Below are positions 1-7,234 of a DNA stretch of 15,699 nt, piece after piece. Made by a program: the position numbers and the translations under genes. The notes under the pieces are model-generated. The model was not told where the DNA came from. It saw nothing but the letters and a program-made list of their open reading frames with translations, and did not search any database. Every line of letters starts with the position of its first letter. Position 1 is the stretch's first letter. The DNA lies in the IMG/VR virus record IMGVR_UViG_3300017469_000161, positions 1 through 15,699 of that record. One strand, written 5' to 3'.

Positions 1-416
1 ATTACAGTAAAACTAGGATTTACGATCGGATATATCGTACCTGTAGGAGCGAATCCGCTTATAGATAAGACAGCAGTTTGAGTATTATACAAATAGAATG
101 TAACTACATAGGGAGAGTTTTGTGAAATAGCAACAGTAGGGTCTGGTGCTGTAACGTTTACTATAACATATTGGTGCGGTTTCACGATTATTATGTTTGG
201 GTACCAACGGTGGCTATTAATTATAGGCACAAATACATATGTTTTATTGGTAGGGTTTTGTATGCATATCGTTATCACGTTGTACTTATTTATTTCTCCT
301 ATATCGTAAAAATCCAATACTTTTGCATGCAATTGCGGATGATAGAAAAAAATAGAAAACGTGAAAAGAGATGGTATTATAACTGCTAACATTAGTACGA
401 TTTCAAACTTTTCCAT
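1..416 (-). CDS. Partial CDS (runs off the window start): N-terminally membrane-anchored/secreted beta-rich protein, hypothetical
   Basis: Not in the ORF track; translated by hand from ATG at 416: MEKFEIVLMLAVIIPSLFTFSIFFYHPQLHAKVLDFYDIGEINKYNVITICIQNPTNKTYVF...PTGTIYPIVNPSFTV, with no stop to position 1. It has a hydrophobic N-terminal segment, NKT/NVT sequons, GGTG just upstream, and a 14-bp overlap with the end of the upstream gene. Confidence 0.8.
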   Translation of the reverse strand, partial: MEKFEIVLMLAVIIPSLFTFSIFFYHPQLHAKVLDFYDIGEINKYNVITICIQNPTNKTYVFVPIINSHRWYPNIIIVKPHQYVIVNVTAPDPTVAISQNSPYVVTFYLYNTQTAVLSISGFAPTGTIYPIVNPSFTV

Positions 417-1452
417 CTTGCACCATCCATTCCACATATTGTAACGCAAAATAAAATGTAAAATACCCCAAATCTCTAAAAGAGAATATCCATATTAACG
501 CCGGAAGACCCCAAGCCAATTCTTTCTTATTATTATATAATAGGATTAATGCGAAAAGAGACACCTCAAGCACGGTGTACATGAATGGGGGGATAGGTAA
601 ACCGAATGCGGTAAGAAATGAAAACGAAATGCCCTGGTGTGCAACCGGTTGTGTAATAGTTATAACGGACGCAAGGTATTGCTTTGAAATGAAGGGTATT
701 GATGAGAGCAGTAACGGTAACGTGAATTCTGTTATCTTTCTAAGTTTTTGATTTTCAAATTTAATTAGAAGAATAGCTATCAATATTGCAAACTGCTTTA
801 CGTCTGCAGAGATTCCTAGGAGCAGATATCTGAATCTCTCATTGAAGATTGCAAGAAACGCAATAGAATATGCGAAAAGGTTCAGTTCTTGCCCTGTGGC
901 AAAATCGTACGAAAGTGCAGGAAAGAGGAAAAAAGATGCGATGAAAACGTTTTCGCGTCTTTTGAGGAAGGAATACGTAAAAGCTAAAACAGCTGTTATT
1001 ACGTCTACTGTTTCAAGGTTATGAAAAACTGCAACGCTGATGAACGATAATGGGGGGTAAATATAGACGGACGGCAAAAATGAGTTTCCCGTAGTGCCGG
1101 TCACAACGTTAAACGGAACGTGATATACGGAAAACGCTTTAGCCATTGAGTAAAGGTACGGATTTTTTCCGTCGAGGAATAAGTGTGACGCATATAATAT
1201 TAGTGCTTCTTCATCCGTTAGGATAGGTAATCCTGTAATTATATTTGCTACAGCTGTAATAGTCGCAATAGCAAAAGCCGAAACAACGAGTATTCTTTGC
1301 CTTATGAATATAGAGAGCATACCTAAAGCAACAACGAGAAATGCGGTAGGCAATAAATACGGTTTTCCGTCACCTAAAAACGCTAATCCTATAGTGGTCA
1401 AACCCAGCCCTGCCAAAAACCATGATATATTATCTTTCAATTTTTCTTCCAT
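403..1452 (-). CDS. Polytopic membrane protein, probable GT-C fold glycosyltransferase (GT87/DUF2029-like)
   Basis: About 10 hydrophobic segments; the first large loop has TDE...G.NPY...YIYPPLSF, later GQE and KQF, matching lipid-phosphate-sugar dependent GT-C enzymes. ATG at 1452 (MEEKLK) preferred over the TTG at 1467. Confidence 0.7.
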   Translation of the reverse strand: MEEKLKDNISWFLAGLGLTTIGLAFLGDGKPYLLPTAFLVVALGMLSIFIRQRILVVSAFAIATITAVANIITGLPILTDEEALILYASHLFLDGKNPYLYSMAKAFSVYHVPFNVVTGTTGNSFLPSVYIYPPLSFISVAVFHNLETVDVITAVLAFTYSFLKRRENVFIASFFLFPALSYDFATGQELNLFAYSIAFLAIFNERFRYLLLGISADVKQFAILIAILLIKFENQKLRKITEFTLPLLLSSIPFISKQYLASVITITQPVAHQGISFSFLTAFGLPIPPFMYTVLEVSLFALILLYNNKKELAWGLPALIWIFSFRDLGYFTFYFALQYVEWMVQDGKV

Positions 1453-1489
1453 AACCGACGCCTGCAAACCCTAATGAAATCCCTATCTC

Positions 1490-2140
1490 CTATAACCTAT
1501 CTGTGCTTATAGGAGTAATACCTAACGTCTGTGCTATTTCAAGTGGCGATAACATTTCTACTCTCATTTTCGATGTGCTTACTCCTGCAACTTCCATGAT
1601 ACTCCTTTCAAACGCTAATAAAAGTAACACTACTAGTTTATGTGCATCATTAAGCTTAGCTATTATATCGTCATAATTTGCATCGATTGATATCAAACTA
1701 TGAAGCTCTGAAAACTTTTCAGACAATTCGTCAATGGAAAGACTTGAAAACCTGTCCGTCAAAATCGACAATAAAATCTGGAAATTATCATCAATGTTAT
1801 ATGGGGTTCCGTAGAACTGCAGAGACCCGCTCTTAAGATCTTTTGTTAAAATCAATACGTAATTGTTTAGGATTTCTTGCACAGTTGTTATTTTGATGGC
1901 TTCTTTTTGTGTCACCTGCCTTGTCGGTATGATTGCTTTTTCCCTGATTGCTTGCCTGACCAGGTTTGGGTCTACTTTGACAATATTCCTCTTCCCAAGA
2001 GGCGATAATTGAGGTTGTTGTTGGGTTTGTTGTAATTGTGGAAATAGTTGCGGTGGTGCAGGCGTTGTGGTGCTTGGAATTTCATACGTGGGTTCCTGTT
2101 GCTGTTGTTGTTTTTTAGTGTTGGAGTTATTCAGGCTCAT
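1490..2140 (-). CDS. Hypothetical protein, 216 aa, Gln/Pro-rich N-terminus then helical domain
   Basis: Clean ORF with ATG start about 25 bp downstream of a TTTTTAAA TATA-like box on the minus strand (about 2166-2173); no recognisable motif. Confidence 0.8.
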   Translation of the reverse strand: MSLNNSNTKKQQQQQEPTYEIPSTTTPAPPQLFPQLQQTQQQPQLSPLGKRNIVKVDPNLVRQAIREKAIIPTRQVTQKEAIKITTVQEILNNYVLILTKDLKSGSLQFYGTPYNIDDNFQILLSILTDRFSSLSIDELSEKFSELHSLISIDANYDDIIAKLNDAHKLVVLLLLAFERSIMEVAGVSTSKMRVEMLSPLEIAQTLGITPISTDRL

Positions 2141-2238
2141 GATAAATTTCTTGCCCCAGAAGCCTTTTAAAAAGCGGTTTTAACGCTCAAACAGGTGTTT
2201 GAGGAAGATTTTTAAGTTTCTGACACCAGATGTTTTTT
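2141..2238. promoter_or_regulatory. Divergent promoter region with two TATA boxes and a central 18-bp palindrome CTCAAACA-GG-TGTTTGAG (2186-2203)
   Basis: TTTTAAAAA at 2165-2173 serves the minus-strand gene and GAAGATTTTTAAG at 2204-2216 serves the ATPase; the palindrome lies between them. Confidence 0.7.
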
Positions 2239-4002
2239 ATGCAATTACAAGAACAACAAGGAACGAACAGTGAAAATTTGTCGTCTTCTGCCGATGTTTC
2301 TACTGTTGCTAGGCGTTTGAAGGACGAGTTAGATAAATACGTTGTCGGAAATGAAGACGTCAAAACAGCTGTTATAACAGGACTTTTGACAGGGTTTCCT
2401 ACTCTGCTCATCGGAGACCCAGGTACTGCAAAAACGTATACTATCGAAATCCTTTCGAAAATGATCGATGGGGTTAAACCAGAAGAGCTTTTCATAGTAC
2501 TCGCTCACGAGGCAATGACACCAGAAGACATTTTTGGAAATACAAACCTAAAAAAATTGAGAGAAGAAGGAGTACTAGAATATATTACCGAAGGCTTCTT
2601 GCCTTCTGCTAAACTAGTCTTCATAGATGAGATTTTCAAGAGCAACAAAGTCCTTGCCGAATCGTTGTTTAGAGCGATCAACGAAAAGAAGTTCAGAAAT
2701 GGAAGTAAAGAGGTCTCGTTACCGTGGCTAGCGTTCTTTTCTGCGTCAAACGAGGTCAGGGTAAATACTCAAGCGGACAGAGCATTCCTCGATAGGTTCA
2801 AGGTATTTGCTACAGTTCTTTCGCCTAACTTGGAAGACGTGCAAAACCTCAGCTCAACCGCAGAAAGGTATCATAAAGTTCTTACAGCAACTAAGCCGAG
2901 TTCCATCCCAACTGTAACGAGTTATGACGAAGTTAAAAAAATACAGGAGAAAATTCTTTCAGATTACATCAAATACACAACGCAAGATATTGTACTCGAA
3001 GCGGTGAAGCAGGCTAATCTCATCCTAGGTGCAATAGCACAGGCTTTGCAAAACCCAAGAGCGTTTAGCGATTCTGGCATTGTCAGGTCGTACTTCAGAT
3101 CGATGGGCGGATATCTGACAATCAGCGAGAGAAAATTCAAAAGTATAATACAAGTCGCCAACGCGTTACGTGATATGTTCGGCAATTCAACAATTACACC
3201 AGTGCATACTGCATTAGCATTCTATCTTACAATCCCGTTCACACCAGAGCTAAAGAATATAGTATCTTCTCTAGTCCCGACATTGATCAAATCATATTTC
3301 AACACAACTGGATCGAATAATTCTTCTAATAATTCTTCTATTGATATTGCTAGCTCGCTAGATAGCATTTCTAAAATACCAGAGAAAATATTGAGGGACA
3401 AAAACCTAAATGATTTGTTAGTCAAAGCGTCGGCATACGCTGTAGATGTTATTGCTAAAAATTTTCCAGCGACGTCGCCCGAGTTAGCACAATATAAAGC
3501 AGATCTTGTTACGAAATTTTCTGAGGTAGCGAATAATAGTGATGACATACAACAGAAGCTGGCTAATTTTAAGAAAGCTGTAGGTATCCTGGTCGATATT
3601 GAAACCAAGTATGCCAGTAATACTAAAATTAAAACTTTAGCACAGAAACTGGTTCAAAATATTGTATCTACTGTCTCCAAGCAGATAGATGTAAATCGTA
3701 TAACCTCTGATGCGATGGATGAGCTTCAGAAAACTTATGAGAAGATAAAAGCTGAAATTGAAAGTAAATATAACGAACTAATGAAACTAGGAGGGAGCGA
3801 CGAGAACAGCAAACTCATCTCGGGGATACGAAAATTCTTCCCGCAATTTTCGGACGCATTACCAGAAGCAGTGGTAGCCCAAGAGCAAAAAGAAGTGATA
3901 ATGAAGCGTCTTAACATTGCTGTAAGGTGGGCGAAGAGTAAGATACTAGATTTCACAAACACATTAAATGAACTTTCACAACTGGCACAAGTGACGAAGT
4001 GA
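2239..4002 (+). CDS. MoxR/RavA-family AAA+ ATPase with helical/coiled-coil C-terminus (ATV p618-like)
   Basis: Walker A GDPGTAKT, Walker B VFIDEIFK, ASNE sensor-1, AFLDRF Arg-finger, MoxR-type N-terminal VVGNEDV..AV..GLL.G; directly followed by a VWA gene with GTGA overlap. ATG 2239 fits TATA spacing; ATG 2230 is the alternative. Confidence 0.92.
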   Translation: MQLQEQQGTNSENLSSSADVSTVARRLKDELDKYVVGNEDVKTAVITGLLTGFPTLLIGDPGTAKTYTIEILSKMIDGVKPEELFIVLAHEAMTPEDIFGNTNLKKLREEGVLEYITEGFLPSAKLVFIDEIFKSNKVLAESLFRAINEKKFRNGSKEVSLPWLAFFSASNEVRVNTQADRAFLDRFKVFATVLSPNLEDVQNLSSTAERYHKVLTATKPSSIPTVTSYDEVKKIQEKILSDYIKYTTQDIVLEAVKQANLILGAIAQALQNPRAFSDSGIVRSYFRSMGGYLTISERKFKSIIQVANALRDMFGNSTITPVHTALAFYLTIPFTPELKNIVSSLVPTLIKSYFNTTGSNNSSNNSSIDIASSLDSISKIPEKILRDKNLNDLLVKASAYAVDVIAKNFPATSPELAQYKADLVTKFSEVANNSDDIQQKLANFKKAVGILVDIETKYASNTKIKTLAQKLVQNIVSTVSKQIDVNRITSDAMDELQKTYEKIKAEIESKYNELMKLGGSDENSKLISGIRKFFPQFSDALPEAVVAQEQKEVIMKRLNIAVRWAKSKILDFTNTLNELSQLAQVTK

Positions 4003-5723
4003 GTATCATGCAAAGCTTCTTTCATGATAATGAAGATGATGAGAGAGAACTAACTAAACTAACAAACACTATTTTCGAAACACTGATAAATGATTCTGTA
4101 CGTTGGTCTGGATATCTTTCACTTCCACCAGACGTTATGGATAGTTTAAGAGATACTGTATATAAACTTGTCAAGATAGCATCACAACAAAACAAACTTC
4201 TTTTGCAATTCCCAGCAGTCCTCGCTTACTTTGTTTATAATTTTTTAAAAAATATCGATTTAGATAGAATAAAGGACATAAACGAAAAATTAAACAATAT
4301 TCAGCGTCTGATACAACGTAAAAACTTGCAAGGCTTATCATTCAGCACTATCAAACAGATGTTACAACAGGAATTACAGGAGAAAAAGTTCAGACGCAAC
4401 AGACCCAACAAAGGAGAAAAACAACAAGAACAGCAGAAACAAAGCGGAAAAAGACCCAACAAAGGAGAACAACAAGAAGGTGAAGAAGGAAACCAAGGAG
4501 AAGAAACACAACAAGGAGGAGAAGAAGGTGAGGGACAACAAAGTGGAGAAGAAGGTAACCAAGAGGAGGGAGAAGAAGGGGAGACACAAGAAGGTGAAGG
4601 AGAACAGCAAAGTGGAGAAGGGAACGAAGGAGAACAGGGCAATGCCCAAGAAGGACAGGAATCAGAAGGAGAAAGAGGAAATGAAGAGAGTCAAAGCGGA
4701 GAAGAAGGTGGAGAACAAGGAGAGGAATTAGGATTAGGAGAAGAAGGGCAAGAAAGCGGAGAAGAAGGACAAAACATGAATCAAGAGGGTGAGGAGCAAC
4801 AAGGAGAGGAATCAGAAGGTGAAGGTGGAGGGGAACAAGGAGAGGAATTAGGAGAGGGAGGACAGGAAAACGAAGGGCAAAATAGTGAGGAACAGGAAGG
4901 AGAGGAAAGTGAACAAGGAGGAGAACAAGGAAATGAAAACGAAGAGAAACAAAGTGGAGAAGAAAGCGGAGAAGGTCAGAATGGCGAACAAGGGGAAGAA
5001 AGCCAGGAGGGTAACGAGCAGGAAAATGAGAAACAAAGCGGAACTGAAGGGAATGAAGGAGAAGAGGGAGAAGAAGAGAGTCAAAGCGGAGAAGAAGGGG
5101 GAACGCAGGAAGGAGAAAGAGAGGGTGGGGAACAAGAATCAGGAGAAGGACAAGAAGGTGAAATCGAAGGAAATCAAGAGGAGGGAGAGGAAGGAGAACC
5201 GCAAGAAGGTGAAGGAGAGGGAGAAGGACAGAGTGGAGAAGAAGGTAACCAAGGTCAAAGCGGAGAAGAAGAGGGACAGCAAGGTGAAAGCGAAGAAAAT
5301 CAGGGTCAAAATAGTGAACAAGAATCAGAAGGTGGAGAAGGACAGGAAATCGAAGATGTTACAGAAGACCTCGAAAATAGCATAGATGAAGAATCAAGAA
5401 TTTTAGATGAATTGCAAGAAAGCCTTCAAGAGTCCGTATCGGCTTTATCTATTGGGAAAGGCTCAGGAGGAGGAATATTAAAGGATATCAATCCTAGAGT
5501 TTTAGAATTATTAGAGAGAGCTAACAGGGTTTTGGCTTTGGCTAATCAAGTTGATTTACAGTACGCTAACAGAGGCGTTAAAGATCAGGGAGGGGTGATG
5601 AAGGGAATAACGACTGGAAATAATGTCAAACATATGTTTAAGAGCCAACTAGTTTTACCAGATGAAATTTTCCTCGAACGGTATACAAATAGAGCTGATG
5701 AAGGGAATAACAACTGGAAATAA
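3999..5723 (+). CDS. N-terminal part of VWA-domain partner of the MoxR ATPase (ATV p892-like), with about 320-aa Glu/Gly/Gln-rich linker; truncated by a frameshifting duplication
   Basis: GTG start overlaps the ATPase stop; helical N-domain, long acidic low-complexity tract, then GITTGNNVKHMFKSQLVLPDEIF, resembling the pre-VWA segment of ViaA/CoxE-like proteins. Goes out of frame at the 5695/5696 duplication junction. Confidence 0.8.
   Translation: MSIMQSFFHDNEDDERELTKLTNTIFETLINDSVRWSGYLSLPPDVMDSLRDTVYKLVKIASQQNKLLLQFPAVLAYFVYNFLKNIDLDRIKDINEKLNNIQRLIQRKNLQGLSFSTIKQMLQQELQEKKFRRNRPNKGEKQQEQQKQSGKRPNKGEQQEGEEGNQGEETQQGGEEGEGQQSGEEGNQEEGEEGETQEGEGEQQSGEGNEGEQGNAQEGQESEGERGNEESQSGEEGGEQGEELGLGEEGQESGEEGQNMNQEGEEQQGEESEGEGGGEQGEELGEGGQENEGQNSEEQEGEESEQGGEQGNENEEKQSGEESGEGQNGEQGEESQEGNEQENEKQSGTEGNEGEEGEEESQSGEEGGTQEGEREGGEQESGEGQEGEIEGNQEEGEEGEPQEGEGEGEGQSGEEGNQGQSGEEEGQQGESEENQGQNSEQESEGGEGQEIEDVTEDLENSIDEESRILDELQESLQESVSALSIGKGSGGGILKDINPRVLELLERANRVLALANQVDLQYANRGVKDQGGVMKGITTGNNVKHMFKSQLVLPDEIFLERYTNRADEGNNNWK
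4401..5350 (+). repeat. Purine-rich degenerate coding repeats (QSGEEG/QEGE/GEQGEE units; AGACCCAACAAAGGAGAA twice at 4401-4418 and 4452-4469)
   Basis: Directly visible recurring units such as CAAAGCGGAGAAGAAG and CAAGGAGAGGAAT on an A/G-dominated plus strand. Confidence 0.85.
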
Positions 5724-5795
5724 TGTCAAACATATGTTTAAGAGCCAACTAGTTTTACCAGATGAGATTTTCCTCGAACGGTATACAAATAGAGC
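5596..5795 (+). repeat. Tandem duplication of exactly 100 bp (5596-5695 / 5696-5795), 2 mismatches
   Basis: TGATGAAGGGAATAAC...GTATACAAATAGAGC occurs twice; differences are G5612/A5712 and A5666/G5766. Confidence 0.97.
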
Positions 5796-6348
5796 CTTAC
5801 TGCAAAGAGCGGTAGAAAATGAGGGCGTTGGGGACTTATATTTCATGATAGATAAAAGCGGGTCTATGGGAGCTCCTATGCCGAACGGGTACACGGCGTT
5901 TGAAAACGTTTCCGCTGTAGCCTTAGCTTCTGCTATGGAAGTAGAAAAGAATAGTAAGAAGGTGTTTGTGCAATACTTCGATACTTCGTCAACGGAGCCT
6001 CTGGATGTTAACAACGTTTTCGAAGTAGCTCAGACCACACCTGGAGGAGGAACGAACATGATGGTTGCATTACGAGACTTCATGGAATATTATAATAACT
6101 ATCCAGGGTTAAAGGACATAAAACAGATCTTCATACTATCTGATTTTGAGACGGATTATGATACTACGCTTTATTATTTCAAGAACTTTGCCAGAAATAA
6201 TGGCTTAGTAGTTACGTGCATACATGTATATAATGATGAAGTGCCTGCCGGTATGCAATCCATAATAGACGAACTCTGTGATGAATATTATAAATTTAAT
6301 AATTATGACGCCAGCGAATTATTTTCAGTCGTGTATTCGAAGCTTTAG
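5698..6348 (+). CDS. C-terminal VWA (von Willebrand A) domain portion of the split MoxR partner gene
   Basis: MIDAS motif YFMIDKSGSM (DxSxS), PGGGTN (T), FILSDF (D). The frame is open from 5662; it joins the 3999 ORF in frame if one 100-bp copy is removed (2250 nt, 749 aa). Confidence 0.88.
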   Translation: MKGITTGNNVKHMFKSQLVLPDEIFLERYTNRALLQRAVENEGVGDLYFMIDKSGSMGAPMPNGYTAFENVSAVALASAMEVEKNSKKVFVQYFDTSSTEPLDVNNVFEVAQTTPGGGTNMMVALRDFMEYYNNYPGLKDIKQIFILSDFETDYDTTLYYFKNFARNNGLVVTCIHVYNDEVPAGMQSIIDELCDEYYKFNNYDASELFSVVYSKL

Positions 6349-6382
6349 CTCTTTTTAATACCTTACGACCCAAGTTAAAACC

Positions 6383-6742
6383 ATGAAATATTACGAAGTT
6401 AATGTGAGGACGTATTTGCCGGAGCCGGTCGCAGAATATTTCGTAAACTGCTTTTCACTAAAATTGCCGAACAAGTATTATGAGGTCGGTGATGTAATAA
6501 CATTTAGAGATGAGGAGAAAAAGGTAAGCGTCAATGTGCCAACAGAGCAAGTTAGAGGCATTACAGACGCATTACTGGCGTCTGCGTTAGATTTTTATAT
6601 AGCTCTCGCCGTTTGCACCGACAACAATATTTTGCTATACCGTATGATAAAAAAGGCGAGAGCAAAAGTAAAGGAAATGCTAAAAATAGATAATATAAAC
6701 CTCGACCCTGAGTTTCCAATCTGTCTAAAAGGTGGTAAATGA
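6383..6742 (+). CDS. Hypothetical protein, 119 aa
   Basis: ATG about 24 bp after TTTTTAAT (about 6352-6359), consistent with a leaderless transcript; its stop overlaps the next start (ATGA). Confidence 0.8.
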   Translation: MKYYEVNVRTYLPEPVAEYFVNCFSLKLPNKYYEVGDVITFRDEEKKVSVNVPTEQVRGITDALLASALDFYIALAVCTDNNILLYRMIKKARAKVKEMLKIDNINLDPEFPICLKGGK

Positions 6743-7185
6743 TGCAACATGAACTTACACCGTCTGATATGATCGCACTAATCTCTGAAGCTTTAGGGGA
6801 AAAAGATGAGGAGGGCGACCCAGAGACCTTGATAAAACTATTACTACGCGACGATTTGCCTAAACAAACGAGGTTAATTATTCTTAACTGTATCGTGAAA
6901 AACTGCGGGTTGCAGACAAGTTTATCAATATTAGATCCATTTATTCCCATAGAGGAAATACAATCAATAGAGACGTTGAAAATCGAGGGGACGAAAATAC
7001 TTGCGTGCATTAATTATACAAAAGTTAGAGATTGTTATTTGATAATTTTAGCGAATAGACAGTTCCATATAAAAAGAGTAACTAATCCTGCCGAATTATT
7101 ACAGAAGGTGAAGCAACAGCAAGGAGGAGGAAAGAAACAAAGCAAGGATATTATTTTAAGTAAGCTCGGAGGTGAGGATCTCTGA
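6739..7185 (+). CDS. Hypothetical protein, 148 aa
   Basis: ATGA overlap with the upstream gene, GGTGG RBS, co-oriented in a probable operon with the downstream ATPase. Confidence 0.8.
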   Translation: MMQHELTPSDMIALISEALGEKDEEGDPETLIKLLLRDDLPKQTRLIILNCIVKNCGLQTSLSILDPFIPIEEIQSIETLKIEGTKILACINYTKVRDCYLIILANRQFHIKRVTNPAELLQKVKQQQGGGKKQSKDIILSKLGGEDL

Positions 7186-7223
7186 CGGCTCCCCGCCCTA
7201 AAGGGCGAGGGTTCATAAGACGG
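7182..7223 (-). mobile_element. IS200/IS605-family end-like palindromic remnant flanked by 11-bp direct repeat GGTGAGGATCT (7171-7181, 7224-7234)
   Basis: Minus strand reads GAACCCTCGCCC-TTTA-GGGCGGGGAGCCGTCAG, a GC-rich hairpin ending in TCAG that resembles, from memory, right ends of Sulfolobales tnpB elements. No transposase gene nearby. Confidence 0.6.
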
Positions 7224-7234
7224 GGTGAGGATCT

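Noticed and set aside
171-389. 72-aa plus-strand ORF
   Set aside because: Antisense to the better supported partial minus-strand CDS 1-416; TTG start, no motif.
2187-4025. Antisense ORFs within the MoxR gene (102, 73, 128, 96 aa) and similar ones at 842, 5655, 6561, 7035, 8428, 9311, 10010, 12923, 14194, 14228 and 14951
   Set aside because: They lie almost entirely within stronger genes and show no motifs or expression signals.
4301-5385. Cluster of alternative-frame and antisense ORFs (Lys/Arg-rich 4480-4731 and 4885-5385; Phe/Ser/Leu-rich minus-strand ORFs)
   Set aside because: These are shadows of the purine-rich low-complexity linker, which lacks stop codons in other frames; no independent promoter or RBS is evident.
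5662-5723. Programmed ribosomal frameshift linking the two VWA ORFs
   Set aside because: The overlap is fully explained by the 100-bp duplication, and no convincing slippery site plus structure is present.
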